DNA of 46,864 nt from Octopus sinensis (lineage: Eukaryota). Numbering within the stretch: position 1 is the first letter of the stretch; each line of letters begins with the position of its first letter. Below, in pieces: positions 10,674 through 22,949 of the stretch. The notes under the pieces are model-generated. The model did not search any database. It was given only the letters and a program-made list of their open reading frames with translations, and was not told where the DNA came from. Location: assembly GCF_006345805.1 (NCBI RefSeq), contig NW_021834612.1, positions 1 through 46,864 of the forward strand, given 5' to 3'. The translations under genes and the position numbers were made by a program.

Positions 10674-13409
10674 TGCCCCCTTGATCTGAAGATTATTCAA
10701 CCAACCTACCCACACCCTCTCCTCAACCCTGACCACATACCTTAACTTGTCTCATAATCAGCCAACCAGTAAGGAGGGCCATGCTCCTTCTGCGTCTGCC
10801 ATAGGACTTCAGGACTGGCCTCAGTTCCTGGCATGTTGCTGCCGGCTTCGTCCTCTTGTCTATTACTGTTGGCTCCATCCTCCATCTCAGTGATGATCCT
10901 GCGCAGATCCAAAATATGTGGCATGACATCTACGGACACAATGTTCCTTGAATTTACAGAGGTTATTGTCCCCTTTCCCCATTGTCATGTGCACTGCGCA
11001 TTTGGGGGTTTAACCCAAACTTCTTCCCCGACCTGCACAATGGCATGTCTCTTCTGCAGGTTGCAGCGATGCAGTACATAGATGTCTCCACTCATACTTG
11101 AATATTGCCTTGTGTCACACTGACTCCTCAGCCTTTCCTGACTTGAGCGATATATAATACCAAAAAATGGCCTCGACAAGTGAGATGTGGCCCCTCTCTG
11201 CTATGGTCTTGATAGTGCGATGATGCCTCACCACAACCCCATTGCCACTTGGTCAGTATGCCACCCAGAAGAGACGGCTAACATGCCATTTGTTGAGCAT
11301 TTCCCCCAGTACCTCCAAGCAAAATGCAGTGCCATTGTCCACAAGCAGCTCATTCATGGGGCCTCATTCTAGGAATATCTAATTTAGTATTCTTGTGATT
11401 TCTGCAGTCCCTGTCTTCATCTCCCTCAATATGGCCAACCACCCCAGTCTGCAGTCAACCATCAAGAGGTATGCCCCTTACCAGTAGTGTATCACATCCA
11501 CTGCCAGTCGTTTCCAGTTGTGTTCCACTGGAATGCTTCCTACCTCATGCATGCCCTGAGCGGAGTCAATGCTCCCAACTACTCTCTGCCTGGTCACGTC
11601 AGAGTCAGATTTCCTGGCTAGGAACAGGGTCCTATCCACCCCCATGTGATGCATGGTATGCAGTCTCCTCAGCTCTGAGTCACTCAGTTGACACACTGCA
11701 GCCACTCCTTGCTCCAGATCCTCCAGCACCTGCAATCAGGCTTTATTTACTCTGGTCAGGGCATCCGCTCTATTCCTTTCAGAGGGCACAAAAACCACAC
11801 TCAGCCTCAGGTCAAACTCGGCAGCTAGCTCACCCACGATTCCCAAGCGGCATATTATCAGCATCTCTGCACCCCTCTTTGGTTTGCACCCTCCTCTCGC
11901 CAGTGACCACTGATCCCACCCATCTAAGTACAGTGGCTGAATCAGTCCAGATCTCGATGGTACACAGCCCCTACCTCAGGGCCAGATTCAGTCCCTTCAA
12001 CATGGCATCCAGCCCAGGCATATTGATGTGGTTGCAGTCATCCTTCTTCCTGAGCCAGGCTGCATTCTCCACCACAATACCTTCAATTTCCAGAACAACT
12101 CCCATTCTTCAATTTGGGCACATACCAGTTTCCTCTTACTGGGTCCACTGCTGTCACTCTCTCTAAAGACTTTTTGCATCATGGCAATTGTCTTCTTGCC
12201 CACATTGTCACTCCACCTCATTCCTCCAGCTCACCTCTTGATGAAGCTGCATGCCATCCTGCAATTGGGTAGTGTCCCAGCAGCTTCCCACACACAGAAA
12301 ACAGTTCTTGCCTACTTTTCTTGGAGCCCAGTTCTGGGATTTCATTTCCTCTCCGAAACACCAATGTGCCAGCCTTGTCTCTCTGTAGCTTGAGTCCCAA
12401 TGCAGCTCCTATCGCCTCCAGCAGTTTGGCAGTTAGCCCAAAACTCTTCAAGTGACTTATGGCCTCCTTTGCTGACGCTATGCTTTCATCCACCAGGATG
12501 TCATCAATATAGGAATTGATGGCTCTTTTCACTTTGTCTGCCTTTCCCAGGATGGTTCTGAGAATCATCGCCAATCTTCAATGCTGAATTTACCTTGAAT
12601 CCCAACCTGGTCAGGCAGTATGTCTGACCCTTATACCTTACAAACTGATATTTCCACAGTCATTCAACCACCTCCAAAGTTAAGCAGCCCATGTCTACAA
12701 GGGCTTGAGACACTTTTCCATTCATCATGACATTTATGACTGGCAACAACTGTATACAAGCCCCCTTGCAGTCTCTCACCATGTGTGAACCTTGACACCC
12801 TTTGAACGGTCACACATGTTCCTTGTTTGACTCCTTCTCATTGTTGCAGTTGCTGGTAAAGGTGTCATCCTGCAACACAAGATGATGACTCTGGCCTGAG
12901 ATATTACCTCTCCCATTGCCATGGAGTGAATATTCGGCAGCTTTTGCAGTTCGACCGACCCGTGATCAGGAAATCTTGTCACAAATGCTAATGTAACTGT
13001 TTGTTCCAATGTGTCATCCCTGTATCCCACAAATCTGGCCAATCTCCTGATTTCGTTGGCAAACACATCAACCAGTTCACTCATCCACTTCGCTTTCCCC
13101 AGTCGACTATATACCATAAATGACCCTTCTGTAATAGCCTCCATCAGCCAGACCTCTTTTTTTTGTGTGTTTAACTGGTCCTTCTCCTTCATTTCCAGGT
13201 ATAGCACCAATGCTGATCCATCGAGGTACAATGGTATGAAACTCATTAGGTCATCTATACCATGGAGTCTTGCCACCAAATTAATTTTTTGCAACCAAGT
13301 GGCAAATGTCTCCCTTGCTACAAAATGACCTAACCGTTTCATTTGAAACACAAACCACACCCATCATTTTTTGTGTTTTTTAGGGGGGTTTTTTTGAGCT
13401 GAAATAGCT

Positions 13410-13711
13410 TGTGATGTGAAGGAGGAAAAAGACAGAATTGTGGTAGTCTAACTTGCCCATCTGGAAGGGTCACTCACAACGTCCACATGCTCTGTCTCGA
13501 TCTAGAAGGTTCACTCACAACATCCACGTGGTCCATCAGCCGCTGTACTGTCTAACACATCTGCTCTCATACACTGTCCACTGCCAACTGACTGCTCGTG
13601 CCTCGCTGACCCTACATTCTCACCACAACTCTTCCGGTGGGACCCACAGATCCCACTTCCAACAAGACTTCTAGTCCTTCCCTACAACACAGCCTGGTTC
13701 ATAACATCACA
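13410..13711 (-). repeat. 5' LTR
   Basis: Direct repeat of 10347-10673; directly followed on the minus strand by a PBS-like site and the gag ORF. Confidence 0.85.
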
Positions 13712-15486
13712 AAGATTTCAAAACTAACTAGTAGCAACTTATCTTGAAAGTGGACAGAATTTGCCACCATTGTGTTATCAAATACCTGCAGAAAAAGGGT
13801 TTAGCCTTTCCTCCCTCACCAAGGACATTCATGCTGACATGGTCACTACATTAGAGGATGATGTTTCAGCTTCATCAACAGTGCAAAAGAAGGCAGCTGA
13901 ATTTAGGAAGGGAAGGGAAAGTTTTGAAGATGACCCAAGGTCTGGATGTCCTGCAACTGCCACCATTGTGGTGATGGATGGCAGGCAATTGACTAGAAAT
14001 CAAACAGCCAATGCTATTGGCACATCCCACGAGAGAGTTGAGAATATTCTGCACAATGAAGTTGTTTCTACTTAGTGGGTGCCACATCTTCTGACACCTG
14101 ATCAAAAGCACACCAAGCTCATCACATTACAGGAAAATCTTATATTGTTTGAACCAGATCCAGCTGGTTTCCTTGAATGTTTCCTAAGCCAGGATGAGTG
14201 TCAGGTTCATCACTTTGAGCTAGAGACAATCCATGCAATGGAAATGCCTCTCTTCACCTGCTCCAAAGAAGGCCAAAGTCGTTTCATCTGCAGGGAAGGT
14301 GATAGCCTCATTTTTTGGGGGATGCAAAAGGCATTGTGTTTATTGAATATCTTCAAAAGGGCTACACCATCAATGGAGAGGCCTATGCCAAGTTGCTGAG
14401 GCAATTATGAAAAGCTATCAAGGCCAAATGCCCAGGAAAACTGTTGAAAGGGGTCTTGTTTCATCAGGACAATGCTCCAGTACACAAGTCCTAGCTTTCA
14501 ATGGTTGCTGTGCCTGACTGTGGCTTTGAACTGGTTGATTACACTCCTTATTCTCTTGATTTGGTCTCATCTGACTATCATCTGTTCCCCAACATGAAAA
14601 AACACTTGGCTGGGAACATGTATAATTATGTCATTTCTACTGCTGATGACAGTTTTGACCAATAGGATGAAAGTTTCTTTATCAAAGGTATCTAAGCACA
14701 GCAACACCAGTGGAAGAAGTGTGTGGACCACAAGGATGGGGGGTGTATTGAAAAATAAACCTCATTTGTCGCATTCCATGCGAGTATCATGTTACTAGTT
14801 ACTTGTGAAGTCTTCTTTGAACAGTCAGATGTCAGTTTAGCTGGAAAGAAACAATGCAGTTATTGATAAGAAAACCTGAAATTAATGCATGCAAGATTTC
14901 ACAGCTCTAGCTTCACTCCTTTTGGTCAGCCTATGAACTTTTCAGCCCTTTGCTCCACATTACCATCATTATCATTGATTCAAAATTCACCTTACCACAC
15001 AGAATTTTGCTGAGGCAGATTTTCTATGATCAGGTGCTCTTTCTGTTGCCAAGCCTCATGTTTCTAGACAAGGTAAATATTTCACAGCTGATTGGAAATA
15101 AACACTAGTTGCATGATGAAGATATTCATTTACAACTATCATGTGATGTCAAGGTAAGGACACAGTAACACACACAATGAGCTTCTTTCAGTTTCTGTCT
15201 ACCAAATCCATTCACAAAGCTTTGGTCAGCCTAGTGTTATGGTAAAAGACGTTTGTCCAATGTAGCCACATAATGGGATTGAAGCTAAAACCATGTGGTT
15301 GGGAAGTAAACCTTTAGCAGCCTATGTACCTGCCCCATAACACATATATCTTTTACTTTTTATCTTTCATGTTTCAGTCATTACACTGCTGACATGCTGG
15401 ATACCATCTTGAAGAGTTGTTTTTTAGTGGAACAAATTGACCTTGTACTTATTCATAATCCTGGTACTTATTCTATATATATATAT

Positions 15487-15960
15487 CATCATTGTTATTT
15501 AACATCTGCTTTCTGTGCTGGCATGAGTTAGATGGTTTAATTGAGAGCTAGCAGGCCAGGAGGCTGCACCAGGCTCCAGTCTGATTTGGCAAGATTTCTA
15601 CAGCTGGATGCACTTCCTATCACCAACCACTCCAACAGTGTAGTGGGTGCTTTTTACATGCCACCAGCTTGGGAGCCAGTCAGGCAGCACTGGCATCGGC
15701 CATGCTCAAATGGTGCTTTTCATGTTCTGCTGGCACGGGTGCCAGTCAGGTGGCAGTGTCATCAGTCAGGCTTGAATGGTGCTTTTTACATGCCACTGGT
15801 ATCAGCCATGCTCGAATGGTGCTTCTTACGTGCCACAAGCACAGCTGCAAGTTAGCTGTCACTGGCATTGGCCATGACTACAATTTCACTTGGTTTAACA
15901 GGTCTTCACAAGCACGGCATATCAGCCAACAATTGAAGGGTGCTTTTAAATGGGCCAGTT
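15487..15960 (-). mobile_element. Old RTE 3' UTR-only copy with array
   Basis: Tail motif plus ~4 degenerate array cores; abuts (AT)n at 15474-15486. Confidence 0.8.
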
Positions 15961-16249
15961 ATGTGACACTGGTATCAGCCGACGGGCTTCTTTCACTTTC
16001 CATTTACCAAATTTACTCACAAGGTTTCGGCTGGTCTGAGGCTATAGTAGACAACATTTACCCAAGGTGCCACCCAGTGGGACTAACCCCAGACCCCAGA
16101 ACTATGTGGTTGGAAATCAAATTGCTTATTGCACACACACACATATATATATACACATGTAAGTATATAAGTAGGTAGGTAATTGTGTAGAAGTGCCTTT
16201 GCAGTTCCAAACAGGAGAAAAATGTTCTTGAACAACAATTTGACAGGTT

Positions 16250-16570
16250 AACTGTAAGGTTAGGAATGTAGTATATAGCTTACAATATACTGAGGGACTG
16301 TGAAGAAACATGACAACTACCTACATAGGAGAGCATATAGGTGAATATTGGCGAGAGCTCAAAGACGGGTAAAGCTCATCAGTGCTCTACCAACATGCAC
16401 AGGAAGAACATGGAGGCTTGATTAATAGCGTAGAGGTTAAAGTACTATCAACACATAGAACTGAAACAACACTTAGACAGATTACCAAAACCACACACAT
16501 AACAGTAGATAGACCAAACCTCAAGAGAAAATATAAATGGAACAATAACACCCACCACCACACCACATGA
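16250..16570 (+). mobile_element. Penelope-like element, GIY-YIG C-terminal remnant
   Basis: YIGES-like motif followed by SALYQHAQEEHGG...VEVKVL...TLRQIT...RPNLKRK.KW. Confidence 0.6.
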
Positions 16571-16673
16571 CTAAAGATAGTAGGGATGTGAAGAGAGAGG
16601 GAAAGGGAAAAAAACTTTAAATAATACACATACATACAGAGTATGTACACACAATAGACATATATGCACTTAC

Positions 16674-16748
16674 CTGTGATACTTATGAGAAACGGAGATA
16701 GATGTATATTTTTAAAAATAAGTAAATGAAAATATTTCTGCCACAAGC
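16674..16748 (-). CDS. Candidate 75-nt internal exon of an unidentified minus-strand gene (LWQKYFHLLIFKNIHLSPFLISIT)
   Basis: Branch-like tctaac plus atttatcacag acceptor, consensus CAG/gtaagt donor, and one open frame in symmetric phase 1. Product not recognised. Confidence 0.45.
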
Positions 16749-17214
16749 CTGTGATAAATGTTAGACAGATATAGATATAAATAAATAAAACTATATAAAG
16801 GGCATGGATACATACGAAGCAAACCTATACACACACATGAAACCTCATGGACAGCCATATGATGTCAACAACACAATTAACATGATCAGCAGCAGCAGTG
16901 CCAATGAGGGCAATAACAACAACTACCATAATAGCAACACCGTGGACAAACACACATATACAGAGGAACACAGGAACTGTACGTTTCTTTTTTTTCCTTT
17001 TCTTGGGTCTTAGGACAGCAGCAGCACAATGGGGTGAGAGGCTGGGACTGAGGGGAAGGCCACACTACTGCTAAAAACTATACATGCACACACACAAATG
17101 CAGTGTAATTTGAACTCATAACATAGCGACATGAAATATTGCTAAGCATTTTGCCTGGCATGCTAACAATTCTGCCAGCTTGCCACTTTATAATAATAAT
17201 AATGGTTACAAACT

Positions 17215-17400
17215 TTGCCACAAGGGCAGCAATTTTGGGAGAGGGGCTGAGTCAATTCCAGTGTTCAGCTGGTATTTATTCTATCGACCCCAAAAGGTAA
17301 ACTCGACCATGGCAGAATTTGAACTCAGAATGTAGTGACAGGTGAAATACCACTTAACATTTCCTCTTGCAGTCTAACGATTCTGCCAGCTTACTTGCCT
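17215..17400 (-). mobile_element. tRNA-derived SINE flanked by (TAA)n
   Basis: Head ggcaag...ctggcagaatcgttag with box-B-like ttctgagttcaaattctgcc; TAA runs at ~17190 and ~17403. Confidence 0.7.
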
Positions 17401-17415
17401 TTATAATAATAATAA

Positions 17416-18600
17416 CTTTTGGACTTTTACAACTGGCAATAACAATGAAGATTGCTACAATTGGCCTAGACACCTACCTGAAAAACTCTGAGGACTGGAT
17501 GTTAAAACTTGTCTCAAAACATGAAAACAAGAAAGCATCATACTCAGTAACAAAACAGGCAAAGGAATATCTAAGTGAATTCCGAATACAACAAATTTTG
17601 GAATTAGACATACAAGAAACAAGCACAGAAAAAGCTAAGCGCATGAAAACCCATGCTAAAACTGCTGCCTTAGATATTCTGAATGATAAATGGCAAATAC
17701 CCAAAGAGAGTGAATAATGCAGATGTTGACAAAGCCCTGACCCATCAATGGCTAATGGCCTCTGGCTTAAAATCTGAAACAGAAGGGTTTATCATAGCAG
17801 CTCAAGATCAATGCCTACCTACAAGGAACTACCAGGCCACCAACATGTCGTGTATGTCAACAACAAAATGAAATCATTGATCATGTCTCCAAGTGCAGTC
17901 TTCTTGCGCCTACAGAGTATCTCAACAGGCATGATAGAGCTGCACAATATATTCACTGGGTAATTTGCAAAAGCCTGGACTTGCCCCATGATAAAAACTG
18001 GTGGAACACAAACCACCTCCAGTGCTTGAAAATGACCACATCTCACTCCTCTGGAACTTCATCATTCAAACTGACAGAACGATAGACACGAATAGGCCAG
18101 ACATCATAGTAAAAGACTTCAGACAAAAAAAAACATGCCTCCTCATTGATATGACTGTCCCAGTTGATATAAATGTATGTCAAGACCTACCAGAAACTGA
18201 GCAAATATAAAGATCTTGAAATAGAAATGAGCAAAATGTAGAACCTGAAGACTAAAACAATACCTGTTGTCATAGGTGCCTTGGGAATGACAGCAAAAAG
18301 GGCTAATGGCTACCTAACTCAGATACCAGGAAACCCCAAAATGGCAGAAATTTAAAAGATAGTGTTCATGGGAACTGCTCATATCCTACGCAAAATACTT
18401 TCTATGTAATCTCAAGTTTTAAAACAAACAATTTTCGTATGGTTTTTTAGGCATTCACTAGTACAACACTAACTACAAAACCAAATATATGGCACCCTAG
18501 GCATAACACCAACATGAACTTCCAACTTGTTATCTCTTGAGGTCTCTGGGTGAGACTTGGAGCCAGCTTGTGCAAATGTAAAGCAAAAGTCAAATATAGA
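17416..18600 (+). mobile_element. 5'-truncated R4/Dong-type non-LTR retrotransposon with a restriction-like endonuclease
   Basis: LKSETEGFIIAAQDQ, CRVC...H...C knuckle, RHD motif, TDRTIDTNRPDIIV...IDMTVP and KLSKYKDL (RLE); (TAA)n at both junctions. Confidence 0.85.
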
Positions 18601-18929
18601 ATAATAATAATCCTTTTATGGAGGTAGGATGAATGACTAGAAGGGAGAGGGAGTGATATCATGAAGGGACCGGAAGGTGAGATAACATCAGGTCAGCGAG
18701 CAACAGGTTGAAGATGACCACTTTATTTCGGGATCAGTGGCAAGGCATGTCGTGTGCTGCTAGCGGTCATGGTGTAGTAATGCTTGCTGGTGAGGAATCG
18801 GCAGAGTTGACACATGATTACAACTGTAAGATTTGGCTGGTTTTCCCGTGATCTGACATTTGGAGTTATTGTTGCCAATTGCAACTCGAGGTAAGAGCAA
18901 CTTTATTTTGTACCTTTAAACTACACCTT

Positions 18930-19095
18930 TCTACTGAAGGAACAAGGCCTCAGATTTTGGGGAAGGGGACTAGTCGATTGCATCGACCCCAGTGTTTCTC
19001 TGGTACTTAATTTATCAACTTCGAAAGGATGAGTGGCAAAGTTGATCTCGGCAGAATCTGAACTCTGAATGTAAAGACAGGCGAAATGCTGCGGG
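18930..19095 (-). mobile_element. tRNA-derived SINE fragment
   Basis: Same family as 17215-17400 (atcgaccccagtg...ggcagaatctgaactc). Confidence 0.7.
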
Positions 19096-19799
19096 TGTGT
19101 TTAGTTTAATGGCCTATGTATACAGAGTTCCTTTGCCCTAGGTGTCGAGAAGACACTGATTCAAAAACAAAATATACAATAATACTATTATTTTCAACGC
19201 ACGAAACCGCCGTATTAATGTGTTTAAAGAAGTAACCCAACTGGGCTTAATTGTCTCAACAGACTCCCTTCCCTATACGTTAACACGAGACATTGCACCT
19301 CAACATTATCTTAAGAGGAATTTATTTTAAATTTAACCCGTATTACTTTCCCATTTTTGTAAATCCCTAATCTTATCTGTAATTGTGAGCATTTGATATT
19401 TCCGTTTTGTTTTCCTTTATAGTTTCGGGTTTATTTTCTTTCTCTAGAACATCCATGAGTTAAGGTAACAAACTTCATTTTCTTTTACTTAGCTGTCAAT
19501 GTACTCTCTCTTGGAACTGGACAGGGAAGTTAAGTTTCTCGCTTCTGTGAAAAGTGAATAATCAATACTTAATACAGGTAATTATTGAGGCAAATTATTC
19601 TTTTTCTTCTATTAAACTGCAAAATCTTCAAGAATATTAATATCTGACGTGATCGAATATCTGGCATGATCGAACCGTCTTTTTTTCCGCCAGGCATACT
19701 CGTTGTTTGTTTATCACTGGAACAAATTACGGTGGTTAACGTAAATACTTTATTGTCGTATTTACATCAGCCTGCGAAATTGATTTAAAAATTAATATT

Positions 19800-20069
19800 T
19801 TAAAACATTTTATTGCCACAGTTATTACTATTAGGCGTGTAGAATATTTCGACCAGCTTTTGCAATGTGTCAACATGTTTATTTAGCTTCATATTTGTTA
19901 ATTTAATTGTGACCTCGTTCAGAGGATTGGGTGTCGTAAGGCAACAAGTCCAACTTTCGATATCGCAATTATCGTTTCCACCTCCAGGACGAAGAAAAGA
20001 AGTATTTTCAATGAGAAGAGAAAGAAATACACAATGTATTAAAAATATTACACTTAGTCTATTGTCCAT
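19800..20069 (-). CDS. Possible first exon/ORF of the minus-strand gene, with a signal-peptide-like N-terminus
   Basis: 89-codon ORF in unique AT-rich DNA, starting ~60 nt from the ETS-like motifs, with hydrophobic LSVIFLIHCVFLSLL. Only a weak phase-1 donor (A/gtaata). Could be 5' UTR. Confidence 0.3.
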   Translation of the reverse strand: MDNRLSVIFLIHCVFLSLLIENTSFLRPGGGNDNCDIESWTCCLTTPNPLNEVTIKLTNMKLNKHVDTLQKLVEIFYTPNSNNCGNKMF

Positions 20070-20119
20070 GTTAAATTTTTACAAATCGGAATCTAGTTAA
20101 TAATTTCATAACGTAAGAA

Positions 20120-20620
20120 ACAGCGCATAACTTCCGTAAGTTATGTGACTTGCCGGAAGCATTAGCTTCGGGCTGTGGAATAATTAAGAACTTCTTTTGG
20201 TAATAATCATTGTAATAAAATTAAGTACTTGGTTAGAAAGATAATTTTAACTATCATTTTCATTTGTCTATGAATTATGCCGATAATGATACAGACATCC
20301 TATTAATGGTTTAAAGAAAGTTACTAATTAGACTGAGATTAGTAGATCTATTAGTGATTTAGAGAGAGGGATATGACTGGAGAGAGAGAGAGAGAGATAC
20401 TAGAAGATCATTAAATAGTGAGCGATAGATAGAGAGAAGGGGAGGGAAAAAGATATGATATAAGTGTGAGAAGGGGAGAGAGAAAGAGAAGCTATAAGTG
20501 AGAGAAGGGGGGAGTAAATGTTGTATTAGTGCGGTAAAGAGAGCGAGAAGGAGAGATTGTTTTTTTTTTTTCCTCCCACCCCAAGAGTAACCGCCATTTT
20601 TGCTGAAAGCTGGACCCTTA
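20120..20620. promoter_or_regulatory. Putative bidirectional housekeeping-type promoter
   Basis: ETS-like ACTTCCG (20130) and CCGGAAG (20153), a GA-rich tract at ~20370-20555, and YY1 consensus CCGCCATTTT (20591-20600). CpGs are visibly retained from ~19100 to 20700 compared with the flanks. Confidence 0.6.
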
Positions 20621-20790
20621 TGCTGCTATACTCTACAATAATAGTTGAGTATACTAAAGTATTCGACGTTTCTGCTGCTGCCACTCTTATTAAAGGAGGG
20701 CACAACTACTTAAAATTCTATTCAAAACAGAACATCTTCTATATTAAAATTCTTTAAAGTTAACAGTTATTGTTACTTAAAGACTAATTC

Positions 20791-20825
20791 ATGGCTGGAG
20801 CCTTTGACCCAGAAGACAAGAACAG
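20791..20825 (+). CDS. Candidate first coding exon of an unidentified gene (MAGAFDPEDKN-R/S)
   Basis: ATG preceded by an in-frame TAA, ~200 nt downstream of the YY1 motif, ending at CAG/gtaggt (phase 2). No downstream exon was convincingly found. Confidence 0.5.
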
Positions 20826-21249
20826 GTAGGTTGTAAGAGAATGAAGTTATTGTTGGACAACCTAAGAATATTTTTCTTTAACTGTTGATGATTTTAGTTG
20901 TCAATCAGCCACCATTCTATATATATGTATATGTATATACACATACATATTTTACCATCCGTTTATGATAAAACTTCCATTAGGAATAACTTGTTGGAAC
21001 TTTTATTGACAACTTCTCAAAATACTCCTGAAAAACTATTTTCGTCTTGTCACACTTGCCATAACACGATCATTTATTTTCCCATCTATTTAATGTGTTT
21101 TATTAATAACTTTTGTTGCTGTTCTCGTGAAAATGTTTCGTGTTTCTATTGTAAATGTTTATTCTTTTTCCGTTTACATACTTAATTTTGTTTCGTATAT
21201 ATAAATAAATGCCCACAATTTTGACATATACTTGGACATAAGAACTAGT

Positions 21250-21900
21250 CTGACACTTCTTGAGTAAACTGACTTCGTTTATGTATTAAAGAAATGTTTA
21301 GTTATTGGAGGAGGGGCATTTGTAGATCAATGTCTGGTGAGACTTGTGTGGAGGAATGTACGGTGTGTTGAACGTTAAAATCTGGGGAATGGTCAAGTGG
21401 TTTTCAAGAGGTATTGTCATTGTAGAAGATGTTAAGAGAAGAAATGTCCGTGAATTTATGAATGAATGTTTGCAAACCATGTTAGTTTTTATTTGCATGT
21501 TTGTGTATATGTGATAGCTATATGGGAATTACTACTGAATCTACTGAGCTTTTAAAGCGGGTTTAAGTTGTCCCTGAAGAAAAGAAGGCTCACCTTCTTT
21601 TGTTGAAAATGTAGCAATGTGGAGGGCTGTACCATTTATGCTGAAATGTGGAGTTAGAATTAGCTAATAGAATTATTAATATACAAAGAAAACTGTAGGG
21701 CATAAGTGAACTCTAAAGAGAACTCTCAAGTAAAAGAATGTAGATTTGAGGGGAACTTCATCAACGTAGTCTGCGAACATGGTTTCAGATGAAAAAAAAA
21801 CTGATTGAGGTTTTAGATGAGTAACAGGGAAGTTCCTATACGAGATATGGATGGTTTTGCTGCTGTCAGTGACATTTGTTTTCACCATTCTCAATAATAT
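21250..21900 (-). mobile_element. Highly decayed Penelope-like remnant (tentative)
   Basis: Fragments resembling the RT C-terminal RRLRR.CS and the GIY-YIG lead-in LIYKCP; many stops and frameshifts. Confidence 0.3.
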
Positions 21901-22949
21901 TTGAGTGTTGGAAGTGAAATGAGTGACCAGTTTGTTTCCTGGTCAATGAGGCGATAGTGTGTAGTTAGGCTCTGACACTTAAAAATCGTCACGCGTTTCC
22001 AGATATTCCTAACTCTAGTACACACTGAGATTAATAAGAACTTGGGTTGGAAGTACTAGGAGGCAAAACTACATATTTTCTGGACGAAATTATTTGTTCT
22101 GTGAATGGAAATATATTGTACCTGATTAGAATTGAGCAAAAGAAATGCGAATCCAATTAGTCAGGTGTTAATAGTTGTTTCCCTTAGATTCCAGTTATTA
22201 AAGGTGAGGTCATCGATTCAGATAATTGATCTTTTTTTTTTTTTTTTAACATAACACCCGTCTTTATTTGTGGTCAGGATGATGATAAATTCTGATTGTT
22301 GTCTAACTCCAGATCAGTACTATTCGTGAAATAAAAGGCTCAAGTCCAGCTTGTACGAATTTGCAGAATCACTTTGTGTAATGTATCCTTCGTTCCATAA
22401 AGCACTAGGGTGTGATTTGAGGGAATTTTGGTTGTTATATCTAACATCTTTAGTGACCATTTAGAGAGTTCTTTGTCTCCTGATTATTTAAGTAACTGAA
22501 AGAGTCTCTTTTTCCCGGATATTAATATAAAACACCAATCTTCATTGAATAATCTTAAACACAAACGGAAACAATTCGAAAAATGGAAATCATATCGTGA
22601 AAGAGAAAAACGTTAATTCACACGGTTTACTTCTCCGTTTCTTCTTTAAACAGGAGTTATCTCTTGATACATTTCAAGTTGGTTTCCATATTTATTGACC
22701 CTATGTAATTTTTTTTATTTATGGTTGTTCCTCAAATCCAAAGATGACCAGTTTTAGAAAGGCAACTATGATTAAGCTTTATTTTGTATGAAAGATAACA
22801 TTATGAAAACAAAGATGACACTTAGAATATAAACCGAGCAAGGTTATAAAATAAAGATATGTCAATAGTAGTAATGTAATTTATAGAGACAGTGTTGCAA
22901 ATAGTCTGGTACTAGTGGCAGTAAGTAAAGAATTAGGAGCTAGTCGTTA

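Larger units (their letters stand above)
10347..13711 (-). mobile_element. Gypsy-type LTR retrotransposon, both LTRs present, internally decayed
   Basis: TG...CA LTRs at 10347-10673 and 13410-13711 with the 5-bp TSD AAGAT on both sides. Gag-like ORF 12776..13360, RT with YIDD (12218..12574), RNase H-like HIN...LDA, and integrase HHMGVDRTL...WKRLAVD in Gypsy order. Confidence 0.9.
10213..14948 (+). mobile_element. Decayed mariner transposon, split by a Gypsy insertion
   Basis: TIR GGGCTGAAAAGTTCATAGGCTGAC at 10213 with its reverse complement at 14925-14948 (inverted similarity extends ~80 nt). Transposase remnants ~13750-14750 include EDDPRSG, WVPHLL, QDE, FHQDNAP and a YSPDL-like YSLDLVSSDYHLFP. 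Confidence 0.9.

Noticed and set aside
21570-21620. Second hammerhead-like motif (CTGAAGA, 8-bp hairpin, GAAA)
   Set aside because: Four extra nucleotides lie before GAAA, stems I and III are unconvincing, and it is antisense to the tentative Penelope remnant.
22278-22300. Box C/D snoRNA (ATGATGA...CTGA)
   Set aside because: The boxes are only ~6 nt apart, with no terminal stem or suitably spaced D box.
22651-22701. Second exon of the plus-strand gene after a strong pyrimidine tract
   Set aside because: The phase is compatible but the donor is weak and the peptide is unrecognisable; it cannot be supported without RNA data.
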